In this document: in pieces, positions 6,533 through 16,366 of the stretch | How positions within the stretch are numbered: the first letter of the stretch is position 1 | Layout of the letters: the number at the start of each line of letters is the position of its first letter | Assembly: GCF_003096015.2 (NCBI RefSeq) | Contig: NZ_CP029185.2 | Location: forward strand, 2,009,488-2,033,487 | Direction of reading: 5' to 3' | Length of the DNA: 24,000 nt | Source of the DNA: Limnobaculum parvum | Lineage (GTDB): Bacteria; Pseudomonadota; Gammaproteobacteria; Enterobacterales; Enterobacteriaceae | Notes under the pieces: generated by a model | What the model was told of the DNA's origin: nothing | What the model saw: the letters and a program-made list of their open reading frames with translations, nothing else | Databases searched by the model: none | Translations under genes and position numbers: made by a program

Positions 6533-7166
6533 CCTCTCGAAAAGTATTGACGTTTATCACATAGTCTTCAGAATTAAAAAGGGCCCGACCCAGCACCAGA
6601 TGCCGCGCTCCGGCAATGTGAAGTTTCTTAGCAGCAGCAAGCGTAATGCCCCCATCAGCCCATATCTCCCTTGTCTTAAATAGTGAAGCGGCTCGTGTAA
6701 CTTTATCAATCAACAGTGGATTAAAACGCTGTCCCATACCGTCAGGCTCACTGGTCATAATCATTATGCTATCGACAAGTGTCGCAAGATAAGAATAAGG
6801 TTCCAGTGGTGTTGCCGGATTAAAGGCCAGCCCCGCTTTACTGCCAATACCGTTGATTAGTGCCAGAATTTCAGCGGGGTTCGCCAACGTTTCAACATGA
6901 ACAAATACCCAAGCTGGATTGAGTGGTTTCAACCACTCAATCCACGGAAATGGATCATTGACCATTAAATGAAACGATAAGGGATGATGCGTTACACCGG
7001 CAACCTGAGTCGCCGTTTTTACACCGAAAGTGATATTTCGGATAAAGCTAGTGTCTTCAATATCTAAATGTATCGAACCCACCGTCGCAGTATTCAACAC
7101 GTCGAGGGTTCTTCCTAATTCGAGCTGACTGGCAGAAGCCAATGAAGGATGAATAGTGGTTAACAT
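6516..7166 (-). CDS. sgcE: Ribulose-phosphate 3-epimerase family protein (SgcE-like)
   Basis: The 216-aa ORF has an Rpe-family pattern (PSL.SA....LG, HLDIED..F..N.TFG, and the C-terminal ADGGI). It sits between the IIA and DeoR genes, as in E. coli sgc. Confidence 0.8.
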   Translation of the reverse strand: MLTTIHPSLASASQLELGRTLDVLNTATVGSIHLDIEDTSFIRNITFGVKTATQVAGVTHHPLSFHLMVNDPFPWIEWLKPLNPAWVFVHVETLANPAEILALINGIGSKAGLAFNPATPLEPYSYLATLVDSIMIMTSEPDGMGQRFNPLLIDKVTRAASLFKTREIWADGGITLAAAKKLHIAGARHLVLGRALFNSEDYVINVNTFREVGYER

Positions 7167-7168
7167 AA

Positions 7169-7618
7169 TCAGATATCCACCGTTGCTGAATGCAACACCC
7201 GATAAAGTTGCTCATCACTTTTGGCCTGTTGCATTTGTGCTATCAGCGCTGAATTGTCCAATAAAGAGGCAATAGCCTGAATAGTCTTTATATGTTGTTC
7301 CGCATCCGTTGCGCTGACGCAAATGAGCAACCAGATTGGATCGCATTCTTCATGACCAAAGCTGACTGGCTGCGACAATGTGGTAAATGCCACGCCGTTA
7401 CGAATCGCGCCCTGTTCCGGGCGCGCGTGGGGTAAAGCAATTCCCGGTGCTATCAGATAATACGGCCCATATTCCAGCGTATTATCGATAATGCCTTGTA
7501 TATACTCTATTTTTGCGTAGCCAAGTTCAATCAAAGGTGTAGCTGCCAGCGCCACTGCTTCACGCCATGATTCCACATGGCGTGAAGCCTGTGTGGCTTT
7601 ACCATCCTCAATCAACAT
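7169..7618 (-). CDS. sgcA: PTS EIIA component (type-2, mannitol/fructose/Ntr family; SgcA-like)
   Basis: The 149-aa ORF has a phosphorylatable His in the context GIALPHARPE. An RBS (GAAAGGAG) lies upstream. Its stop is 2 nt from the sgcE start. Confidence 0.85.
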   Translation of the reverse strand: MLIEDGKATQASRHVESWREAVALAATPLIELGYAKIEYIQGIIDNTLEYGPYYLIAPGIALPHARPEQGAIRNGVAFTTLSQPVSFGHEECDPIWLLICVSATDAEQHIKTIQAIASLLDNSALIAQMQQAKSDEQLYRVLHSATVDI

Positions 7619-7651
7619 CGTTGACTCCTTTCACTATTAGGTTATTGTAAT

Positions 7652-7691
7652 ATTCCCCCAAAGGTACTTTTGGCGAAGACTTTGGGGGAAT
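7652..7691. repeat. Perfect 12-bp inverted repeat (stem-loop) in the sgcQ-sgcA intergenic spacer
   Basis: ATTCCCCCAAAG (7652-7663) and CTTTGGGGGAAT (7680-7691) are separated by a 16-nt loop. Two smaller hairpins follow at about 7692-7738. No U-run follows on the transcribed (minus) strand. Confidence 0.6.
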
Positions 7692-7741
7692 AGCCGGTTC
7701 AATGGCTAACTACCGGGGGTAAGCACGTTGCTTATCCCTTT

Positions 7742-8551
7742 TTATTGGCGAATACTGCGAACTTTGTCCATAAATCGCGCTACGCGATCCCCATCGACAA
7801 AATTTTCAAAGATACCGTCTTTTTTGAAGTGCGTTGCAGTAACACAACCGTCAGCAATGGACAATTGCTCTTCTACGTTTTCCAGACAGACTCCGGTATT
7901 CGCTAATACCACCGTATTCGGGACGGTATCTTTCACTAACTTCAACGTTGCCGAGTCGGTTTTACTTCCGGCAGTCAAACCAGAAACACAAAGCGCATCC
8001 GGCCGATTGTTAAATACGGTTGATTTAGCAATTGACTGAATATCCCGGTTACCTAAATAGACCGCCGCTTCCGGCACAATATTGAACAGCGTTTTCACTT
8101 TTCCTGCACCAATACGCTGCTGATGTCGGATGGTCTCCCCCACATTGGTATTCCAAACCCCGAAATCACTGGCATAAGCCCCGGTGAAAATTTCCCGAAT
8201 AAACAGTGCGTCTACCGCCATAGCTAAATCGAAAGAGGCCACCGGATCCCAGAGTACGTTAACACCGTAAGGAACCCGAATTTCCGTCATCAACTGACCA
8301 ATGATACGCGCCATCGCAGCCGAGGTTTCTGGTTTCACTTTGGTTAAATAGGGCATACTAAATTCATTGGAGAACATCACGGCATCCACACCGCCATTCT
8401 GTAATGCGGTCAAATCATCATATGCTCTATCTATCACCCAGCTCATCCCTTTGCTGGCATCAAAACTCGGGTCTCCCGGTAGTGCTCGAAAATGACACAT
8501 GGCTATCACCGTTTTTTCTGTGCCAATAACTGACTTAAGCCAACTCATCAC
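7742..8551 (-). CDS. sgcQ: BtpA/SgcQ family protein (TIM-barrel, function unknown)
   Basis: The 269-aa ORF resembles SgcQ/BtpA in length and motifs (IAMCHF.ALPGDP, GGVDAVMFSNE). Its position between the IIC and IIA genes is identical to E. coli sgcQ. Confidence 0.75.
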   Translation of the reverse strand: MMSWLKSVIGTEKTVIAMCHFRALPGDPSFDASKGMSWVIDRAYDDLTALQNGGVDAVMFSNEFSMPYLTKVKPETSAAMARIIGQLMTEIRVPYGVNVLWDPVASFDLAMAVDALFIREIFTGAYASDFGVWNTNVGETIRHQQRIGAGKVKTLFNIVPEAAVYLGNRDIQSIAKSTVFNNRPDALCVSGLTAGSKTDSATLKLVKDTVPNTVVLANTGVCLENVEEQLSIADGCVTATHFKKDGIFENFVDGDRVARFMDKVRSIRQ

Positions 8552-8599
8552 TGTTACTCCTATTTAATTAAAACATGAATAAAAATTGTTAATCATCAA

Positions 8600-9913
8600 T
8601 TATGCAGATAACTCTTTGGTACGTAGCCACAGTACAATTGCACATACCGCACCCACCGCAATCACTACACCAATAATGCCCATAGCCATTAATTCAACAA
8701 TTGACCAACCAAACATATTCCCTACCGATAACGCACTGATTTGTGCACCATCCGCAGCAAAGCTAAACCCGCCGTTACGGGCCATTTCAGTAAAGTAAGG
8801 GGCGAACTGAGTAGAAATGAGCAATACGGTAATCATGACAATTATTCCGCTGATTAAGGTGCGAATTAAGTCGCCGCGATGAATCACCGTTGCCATGCAA
8901 ATGAAAAATGGTGCGACAGGCAGATCCGCCAGTGGTAATACCTGATTGCCGGGCAATACGCTGGCGATCAATAACATGATAGGGATGAGCAGCAAGCCTA
9001 CGGCAATGGTAGTTGGATGCCCCAACGTCACGGCGGTATCCAGACCAATATAGACTTCCCGACCGTGGAGATATTTTTGGAAGAATTTACGCGCACCGTC
9101 TGAAATCGGCATTAAGCCTTCCACTATCAGGCGAATCATTCGAGGAAACAGTACCATAATCGCCGCAACGGTGATCATTAACGTCATGGTGCCTTTAAAG
9201 TTTTCTCCGGCAGACAACCCAAAAATTAGCCCCAGCACAACGCCGATGATCACCGGATCGCCAACCATGCCGAAACGCTTCTGAATCTCTGTCGCATCAA
9301 TATTTCGTCCTTTAAGAAACGGAATATAGCTATAGAGCTTATCCAGCAGGATAAACAGCGGTACCGAGCTGGAACCATATCCTTGTGGAATCGAGATCCC
9401 TTCTAATCCAACAATGCTTTGTACTCGTTTAGCCGTCAGGTCAGCAATTTTCAAAGAAAGCGCCGCATGGCAGATTGCCGCCAGCACCCCGTAGATTATA
9501 TTTCCCGTCATTAACTGTACGACAGTACCCGTAATGGCGTAGTGCCAGTAATTATAGATATCAACGTTCATGGTTTTGGTCAGGCGGGTGACCAACATGC
9601 CAATATTAAGTAAGAAAATCACCGGAATAATAATTGCGCCAATGGCTGTGGCATAACCCACGCCGGAAGCTGGCCCCGCCCCCACATCCAGTATGTGCAG
9701 GTGCAAGCCAAAGCGTTCAATCATGATTTTTATTGGCGGGCTGAGGCTATCTATTGCCATCACAATGACTAACCCCATACCAACAAAACCAATACCTACC
9801 GTGACACCCGCTTTCACCGCTTGCAGAACAGGGATTCTGAAAATCAGACCGATCAGAATCATCACCATCGGTACGAAAACGGTTCCGCCAAGAGACAAAA
9901 TGTAATCAAACAT
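8600..9913 (-). CDS. sgcC: PTS EIIC component, galactitol (GatC) family (SgcC-like)
   Basis: The 437-aa polytopic membrane protein is colinear with my recollection of E. coli SgcC, from the N-terminal MFDYILSLGGTVFVP... through ...LDTAVTLGHPTTIAVGLLLIPIML. Confidence 0.9.
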   Translation of the reverse strand: MFDYILSLGGTVFVPMVMILIGLIFRIPVLQAVKAGVTVGIGFVGMGLVIVMAIDSLSPPIKIMIERFGLHLHILDVGAGPASGVGYATAIGAIIIPVIFLLNIGMLVTRLTKTMNVDIYNYWHYAITGTVVQLMTGNIIYGVLAAICHAALSLKIADLTAKRVQSIVGLEGISIPQGYGSSSVPLFILLDKLYSYIPFLKGRNIDATEIQKRFGMVGDPVIIGVVLGLIFGLSAGENFKGTMTLMITVAAIMVLFPRMIRLIVEGLMPISDGARKFFQKYLHGREVYIGLDTAVTLGHPTTIAVGLLLIPIMLLIASVLPGNQVLPLADLPVAPFFICMATVIHRGDLIRTLISGIIVMITVLLISTQFAPYFTEMARNGGFSFAADGAQISALSVGNMFGWSIVELMAMGIIGVVIAVGAVCAIVLWLRTKELSA

Positions 9914-9926
9914 AACGCCTCCTGCC

Positions 9927-10205
9927 CTATTGGCTTAACAGTGCTTTAACTTTTTCTTTAAGCACATCATCATTAATACCAATTAATAGCGGTGCGCCGT
10001 TCAGTGTAGGAATACCGTAATCCTTATCCACCTTCATGGATGTCACGATCAGATCCATTCCGCTACAGTTATAAGGGATCTCATTTAGGCTGCACTGTGA
10101 TGTGCTCACAGCGATACCTTGGGAGGTCAAATACTCCTGTAGTCGCTGCGCTATCATGGTTGAGGTGGACATGCCTGTTCCACAGGCTACCAATATCTTC
10201 TTCAT
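9927..10205 (-). CDS. sgcB: PTS EIIB component (galactitol/lactose-type; SgcB-like)
   Basis: I trimmed the start to MKKILVACGTGMSTS (ATG at 10205, GAGG about 10 nt upstream), giving 92 aa with an active-site Cys in the VACGTG context. The longer track ORF (to 10316) would overlap sgcX. Confidence 0.85.
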   Translation of the reverse strand: MKKILVACGTGMSTSTMIAQRLQEYLTSQGIAVSTSQCSLNEIPYNCSGMDLIVTSMKVDKDYGIPTLNGAPLLIGINDDVLKEKVKALLSQ

Positions 10206-10243
10206 CGTGCTGTACCTCATCATTGGAAAGAGTTTGTATATGC

Positions 10244-11341
10244 CTACACTTGGCGAGCGGCAACAGGAAACTGATGCCCTTTCACTTGAGCGATGGCGGT
10301 TAATAATCGAATGCAATCAGTTAGGTCGCGAATGCTGGCAACTTCGCTAGGAGAATGGGTATAACGGCAGGGAATAGACAGGCTGGCACAAGGGATACCA
10401 TCTTGCTCCATTTGGATATATCCCGTTTCAGTAATCACGCCCGGAGCCACTTCTCTTTGTACCGGGATCTGATGCTCTGCCGCTGTTTTTTCCAGAAAAG
10501 CGATCAACTTAGGGGGAGTAATAAGACCCGCCAGCGTTCCTCGACCGTGATAATTCAGACAGGTGATACCCGGACCTTTATTAATCACCACATCGGAGTA
10601 ATCCGACAAATCGGGCGTATCACAAGATGGCGTGATATCAATACCTATTGCCATATCTGGATTAATCCGTCTCAGTACCGGTAAAATCCCCCGGATGTTA
10701 AACTCCTCTTGTACTGAGGCCACCAGATAAAGGGCTATATCCAGATCCATCTGTTCTACTGCTGCGGCAACGCCCAGCAGCGCGGTACAACCCAGCCGAT
10801 CGTCCAGCGCTTTACTGCAAACCAAATCGTTAGCTAAAAGTTGTGGAGGGTTATACAGACACACCGGGGTTCCGACTTTGATGCCCATCCGGGCGGCATC
10901 CTGTTTATCTGTGGCGCCGATATCAATCCACAAATGCTCGATACTCGGCGACTGAGTACGCTCGTCACCTTTACTGAAATGATAAGATTTAATACCGATG
11001 CAACCCGGTACTGGCCCCCGTTCACCGTCCAATCTGACAGTGGAACCTGACATCGTAATCTGCGCTGGCCCCCCAACACGTTCGAAGCGCAAAAAGCCGT
11101 TTTCTTCAATTTTGCGCACCATAAAACCCACTTCATCCATATGCGCGAAAACCATCAGTCTGAATGCATCGGGGGATTGGCTACCGTATTGAGCAACCAC
11201 GTTCCCCAATCGGTCTTGCCATACCTGATGAGCACTCTGGCTAAACTGCTGCTGCATAACCGAAGCTATTTTATGTTCATGGCCAGAAATACCATCCAGC
11301 GCCAATAAACTGATTAAATTTTTTTGAACATCAAAAGTCAT
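10244..11341 (-). CDS. sgcX: M42-family metallopeptidase / cellulase-like protein (SgcX, FrvX/YpdE family)
   Basis: The ORF has M42 family hallmarks (ISGHE, FAHMDEVGF, ALDDR.G, QEE.) and is the first gene of the cluster, as in E. coli sgcX. I trimmed the start to MTFDVQKN (ATG at 11341). Confidence 0.8.
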   Translation of the reverse strand: MTFDVQKNLISLLALDGISGHEHKIASVMQQQFSQSAHQVWQDRLGNVVAQYGSQSPDAFRLMVFAHMDEVGFMVRKIEENGFLRFERVGGPAQITMSGSTVRLDGERGPVPGCIGIKSYHFSKGDERTQSPSIEHLWIDIGATDKQDAARMGIKVGTPVCLYNPPQLLANDLVCSKALDDRLGCTALLGVAAAVEQMDLDIALYLVASVQEEFNIRGILPVLRRINPDMAIGIDITPSCDTPDLSDYSDVVINKGPGITCLNYHGRGTLAGLITPPKLIAFLEKTAAEHQIPVQREVAPGVITETGYIQMEQDGIPCASLSIPCRYTHSPSEVASIRDLTDCIRLLTAIAQVKGHQFPVAARQV

Positions 11342-11433
11342 ATATCCGCCCCGTTTCGCTATTTTGAAGGCGTTCAATGCGCCTCCATTCAATCAACTAC
11401 TGAACGTTTATATGCTTACAATGGCGTTAAATT

Positions 11434-11449
11434 TGTGACATGCATCACT
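11434..11449. promoter_or_regulatory. CRP-binding site upstream of sgcX
   Basis: TGTGA-catgca-TCACT matches the consensus TGTGA-N6-TCACA at 9 of 10 positions. It lies about 95 bp upstream of the sgcX start, in the divergent sgcX/dauA intergenic region. Confidence 0.6.
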
Positions 11450-11483
11450 ACTGATTGGCTAAATCCTTGCCAATAGCGAGTTC

Positions 11484-11499
11484 TGTGATTGATTTCAAA
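11484..11499. promoter_or_regulatory. Second, weaker CRP-like site
   Basis: TGTGA-ttgatt-TCAAA matches the consensus at 9 of 10 positions. The flanking sequence is AT-rich, so a chance match is more likely here. Confidence 0.35.
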
Positions 11500-11783
11500 A
11501 TAAAATAATCAATTAAAGTGATTGTTAGCATTATTCACTCATTCGCTTTGATTGTTTTTACCTGCCAATGGGTTTTATGGCTATATGATGACTTGTGGTG
11601 AAAATTAGATGGTTGTCGCATATTAAGCCAAAAATTCAACATATAATGCTTGTAATGGTCAGATATTATTGATAATCCCCATGCAATAACGTTACAAAGG
11701 GAGTATGGTTATCAGGTAAATTTGCGACGGGTTGTTGCAGTCCGACATTTTTTAGCTCTATTTTGAGGGCGGGTTATCCCACG

Positions 11784-13484
11784 ATGAAAACGCATGGAAT
11801 TAACGGTGTCAGTCCGTTCAGTGCACTAATTGATGCCTGTTGGCGCGAGTCCTACACACTTCAACGTTTCCTTAAAGATATTATTGCCGGTATTACCGTA
11901 GGGATTATTGCGATCCCGCTGGCCATGGCGTTGGCAATAGCCAGCGGAGTACCACCGCAATATGGTCTATACACGTCAGCCATTGCGGGCATTGTAATTG
12001 CGGTTACTGGAGGCTCGCGTTACAGCGTTTCCGGACCAACGGCAGCCTTTGTCGTTATCCTCTATCCGGTATCCCAGCAGTTTGGTCTGTCCGGTTTGCT
12101 GATTGCCACCCTGATGTCTGGGGCATTTTTGGTGATTATGGGACTGGCTCGTTTTGGCCGTCTGATTGAATATATTCCTATCTCTGTCACCTTAGGTTTC
12201 ACCTCCGGTATCGGTATTACTATCGCAACCATGCAGATTAAGGACTTTTTTGGCCTGACGCTGGATGTTCCTGAGCACTACATAGATAAGGTTGTCGCAT
12301 TGGCTTCCGCCATGCCAACTATCAGTTGGGCAGATACCCTGATTGCCAGCGTTACGTTGGCCGTCTTGGTGTTATGGCCCCGTTTGCAATTACGCATTCC
12401 AGGCCACTTACCCGCATTGCTGGCGGGAACGGCTGTCATGGCGCTGCTCTCTTGGTTTGGCTACTCGGTTGCCACGATAGGCTCCAAGTTTCATTACCTG
12501 ATGCCTGATGGCAGCAGCGGTCAGGGTATTCCACCGATTATTCCTCAGTTTGTACTGCCTTGGAACATTCCTGATATCAGTGGCAAAACGTTTACACTCA
12601 ACTGGGATACCATTTCTGCTTTGCTACCTGCCGCATTTTCAATGGCTATGTTGGGTGCCATTGAATCGCTGCTCTGTGCTGTCGTATTGGATGGAATGAC
12701 CGGTAAAAAGCATCATTCTAATGGTGAATTAATCGGTCAAGGGCTGGGAAATCTGACGGCTCCATTCTTTGGCGGCATTACCGCTACCGCGGCCATTGCC
12801 CGCTCCGCCGCTAACGTCCGGGCGGGTGCCAGTTCCCCTATTTCCGCCATTGTTCACTCAATATTGGTGATTATGGCGTTACTGGTTTTGTCCCCTGCAC
12901 TTTCCTACTTGCCTCTGGCTGCCATGTCATCACTGCTGTTGTTGGTGGCATGGAACATGAGTGAGGCACATAAAGTCATCGATATTCTACGACGAGCACC
13001 AAAAGATGACATCATTGTGATGCTGCTTTGTATGAGCCTCACGGTGCTGTTCGATATGGTCATCGCCATTACCGTTGGTATTGTTCTAGCCTCATTACTG
13101 TTTATGCGGCGGATTGCTCGCATGACTCGTTTAACAGAAATGACCACTGAGTCAACGCCCGACCGTCTGGTCATGCGCGTTAGCGGCCCGCTGTTTTTTG
13201 CCGCCGCAGAAAGAATATTCAATGAACTGACGTTGCGTATTGAAAACCAGCGAGTAATTATTCTGCTGTGGGATGCGGTACCCGTACTGGATGCCGGTGG
13301 ACTTAGTGCATTCCAACGGTTTATTGATATTCTGCCAGAAGGCACCGAATTGATTAACTGCGATATTCCGTATCAACCATTAAAGACGTTGGCGCGGGCG
13401 GGTATCAAGCCTATTCGCGGTAAACTGGCATTTTATTCTTCGATGGAAGAGGCGTTGATGGCGGGGTCTGGAATTCCTAACTAA
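11784..13484 (+). CDS. dauA: SulP-family anion transporter with C-terminal STAS domain (DauA/YchM, C4-dicarboxylate transporter)
   Basis: The ORF is colinear with E. coli DauA ([66 protein letters not shown]). I placed the start at the ATG at 11784 (MKTHG...) rather than the track's TTG at 11763. Confidence 0.92.
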   Translation: MKTHGINGVSPFSALIDACWRESYTLQRFLKDIIAGITVGIIAIPLAMALAIASGVPPQYGLYTSAIAGIVIAVTGGSRYSVSGPTAAFVVILYPVSQQFGLSGLLIATLMSGAFLVIMGLARFGRLIEYIPISVTLGFTSGIGITIATMQIKDFFGLTLDVPEHYIDKVVALASAMPTISWADTLIASVTLAVLVLWPRLQLRIPGHLPALLAGTAVMALLSWFGYSVATIGSKFHYLMPDGSSGQGIPPIIPQFVLPWNIPDISGKTFTLNWDTISALLPAAFSMAMLGAIESLLCAVVLDGMTGKKHHSNGELIGQGLGNLTAPFFGGITATAAIARSAANVRAGASSPISAIVHSILVIMALLVLSPALSYLPLAAMSSLLLLVAWNMSEAHKVIDILRRAPKDDIIVMLLCMSLTVLFDMVIAITVGIVLASLLFMRRIARMTRLTEMTTESTPDRLVMRVSGPLFFAAAERIFNELTLRIENQRVIILLWDAVPVLDAGGLSAFQRFIDILPEGTELINCDIPYQPLKTLARAGIKPIRGKLAFYSSMEEALMAGSGIPN

Positions 13485-13490
13485 TCTGAA

Positions 13491-13507
13491 CCCCGTTTAA
13501 AACGGGG
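13491..13507. terminator. Bidirectional hairpin terminator between dauA and the DUF1090 gene
   Basis: CCCCGTTT-A-AAACGGGG is a palindromic hairpin lying between convergent genes, 7 nt after the dauA stop. Confidence 0.65.
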
Positions 13508-13537
13508 CTTATCATTTTCACCGACGCAGTTTAATCA

Positions 13538-13918
13538 CTACAGTGAATTGAGCGCTTCATCCAGTTCGGCCTCAGCTTCCTGAAGCTTCTTCTGCTTTTT
13601 ACTGATTTTGTCAGACTTACCGGTGGCTTTCGCTTCTGCCAGTTCCTGACGACATTCTTCAACTTTACGCGCTTTATCCGCTATCTTACGCTCAGTATCG
13701 GCAACATAATCTTTATTGCTACAGTGAGCTTTTACATGACTTAATGCTCGCTCTAAACCCTCCAAACGATTTGGGTTATTATCTTTCTTTGCATATTCTA
13801 TTTGCTGATTAATTTTCTCCTCTTTTATTGCGCAGTAATCTTTACCCGTATTAGATTCCGCCGCAAAAATGGCTGGGGAAATAACCAGAGGAACAATTAA
13901 ACAGATTTTCTTAAACAT
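13538..13918 (-). CDS. Secreted DUF1090 (YqjC-like) protein
   Basis: The 126-aa ORF has a signal peptide (MFKKICLIVPLVISPAIFA/AE), two conserved Cys residues and a charged coiled-coil C-terminus (KISKKQKKLQEAEAEL). The family assignment is from memory of YqjC-like proteins. Confidence 0.6.
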   Translation of the reverse strand: MFKKICLIVPLVISPAIFAAESNTGKDYCAIKEEKINQQIEYAKKDNNPNRLEGLERALSHVKAHCSNKDYVADTERKIADKARKVEECRQELAEAKATGKSDKISKKQKKLQEAEAELDEALNSL

Positions 13919-14149
13919 ATACTATCTCCATAAGAATCAATTACCCTCCATCAACCCATTGAGAACTGAAGGGATAGTAACACGATAACACACGTTACCA
14001 AGCCATTGATACCATTCATAGCATTTACTGAAATATTTCTAACCTAGATTAATAAAAATATAACCCCATATTAGTTAGTGAAAGAAATCGATGGGCGCCA
14101 TTAAGATTAATGCGTGTTATAAAATTAACACATACCGTTTAATGGGTTG

Positions 14150-14178
14150 CAAAATAAAGGAGATCCGTAGCTCTCCTT
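14150..14178 (-). terminator. Rho-independent terminator downstream of kdsA
   Basis: On the minus strand, the stem AAGGAGA-GCUACGGA-UCUCCUU is followed by UAUUUUG. It lies about 25 nt after the kdsA stop. Confidence 0.7.
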
Positions 14179-14201
14179 TTTCACTTCACTATTTCAAACA
14201 A

Positions 14202-15068
<867 letters not shown>

Positions 15069-15113
15069 TTAATTTCTTAATTAACAGATTTAACCGCCGC
15101 CATTGACCACATC

Positions 15114-15929
15114 TTAATGAAGCATGACAGTGTTTTGTTCAATATCGTTAAGTCGTAATTTTATAACATCAATCACCGGATCTTCCGGGCAATGCTCTAC
15201 AAAATAGTTCAAGTCTCTCGCGGCAACGTGATTGCACTCCAGTTGTGCATAAATCAAACCACGATCGAGAATCTCATAGGGATCTTCCGGGTCAAAGCTC
15301 AGGACCAATTCACTGGCTCTCAGGGCTAACTCCGGTTTCTTCTCCCTCATTAATGCGCCTTTAAGAGAACCCAACAGCCGTATAATAACCTGACTGTTCT
15401 CGGCATCACTCAGATCGTCATTGCTCAGCGTGGCGCTAATACCTAAGTGCCCTTTAAGCCAGAGATCCAAAATATGACTGGTTAATGTTTCACCATTCAG
15501 TGGGTTAATCATCCAACTGTCACCGTCCAGCCATTCAGCCTTAATCAGCAGTTGGGTTGGGAAAATCACCGGATAAAGAGGTATATCCAAGCGATTGGCG
15601 ATATACATTAATATCAGACCTAATGATGAAGGTGCTCCCTGATGGGTTTTTAGCACTTTATCTAACCATAAAGTATCTGACAAATTGTAGACGCCGGCCG
15701 CACCACCAAATCCCCAAGTATGGTAGAACAACTCCAGTAACTGCGCTAACTGTAGGTCTGCGCCCAACTCTTCAGAAATCAGGGCTCTGGCCTTCTCGGC
15801 TAACTGGTCTAACTCATAACGAACCTGATCTTCCGAAAAATCATCACGAATTAAACGAGTAATCAGGTAGATACCTTCATTTAACGGATGATTATTAAAC
15901 TCAAAATCAGTTATACTTCCGCGCTTCAT
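15114..15929 (-). CDS. sirB1: SirB1/YchA (transglutaminase-like/TPR protein)
   Basis: The 271-aa ORF has the conserved position between sirB2 and kdsA and YchA-like sequence. Confidence 0.85.
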   Translation of the reverse strand: MKRGSITDFEFNNHPLNEGIYLITRLIRDDFSEDQVRYELDQLAEKARALISEELGADLQLAQLLELFYHTWGFGGAAGVYNLSDTLWLDKVLKTHQGAPSSLGLILMYIANRLDIPLYPVIFPTQLLIKAEWLDGDSWMINPLNGETLTSHILDLWLKGHLGISATLSNDDLSDAENSQVIIRLLGSLKGALMREKKPELALRASELVLSFDPEDPYEILDRGLIYAQLECNHVAARDLNYFVEHCPEDPVIDVIKLRLNDIEQNTVMLH

Positions 15930-16318
15930 GCGTACCCCATAAATAACGGCATTTTATCTGTTGCTAATATCACTATCAGATATAGGCTGAGTATCGCGGC
16001 CATAAATGCTACCGATTTAACCATCTGGCTTCGATTCCCTTTTCCCAGAGCGATATACCCCAAAACAATATAAATCACCACGGCGACCAACTTTTCAGTT
16101 AACCAAGTTCCTTGAATAGAGAATGGGTAAAAGTGAGTGATAAAGATTAATACTACGCCAGTGGCAAATAAAATGGTGTCATTCAGATGCGGAGCAATCT
16201 TGAGCCAGCGCTGCTGCATGATGGCAGAACCTCGCCACTTCCAGTAAAAACGCAAAATAAACAGCACAATACTGATTACCGCAGTGAGAACATGTAAATG
16301 TTTTACCCATATGTACAT
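15926..16318 (-). CDS. sirB2: SirB2/YchQ inner-membrane protein
   Basis: The 130-aa ORF has four predicted TM helices, a 4-nt overlap with sirB1, and the conserved prmC-sirB2-sirB1 order. Confidence 0.85.
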   Translation of the reverse strand: MYIWVKHLHVLTAVISIVLFILRFYWKWRGSAIMQQRWLKIAPHLNDTILFATGVVLIFITHFYPFSIQGTWLTEKLVAVVIYIVLGYIALGKGNRSQMVKSVAFMAAILSLYLIVILATDKMPLFMGYA

Positions 16319-16366
16319 ATAAAACGGTTCCTGTTTATCTGGTGTCTGACCAGTGATAATTCAAGT

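Noticed and set aside
11705-11719. A mini-ORF, ATG GTT ATC AGG TAA, preceded by AAGGGAG, upstream of dauA
   Set aside because: The spacing between the RBS-like sequence and the ATG is only 1 nt, and the 4-codon peptide has no supporting attenuator structure.
13919-14201. Looked for ldr/rdl-type type I toxin-antitoxin repeats or small ORFs downstream of kdsA, as in E. coli. This included a 58-codon ORF starting at 14091.
   Set aside because: There is no hydrophobic small-toxin ORF and no repeated unit. The 58-codon ORF has no RBS and runs through the kdsA terminator into antisense kdsA.
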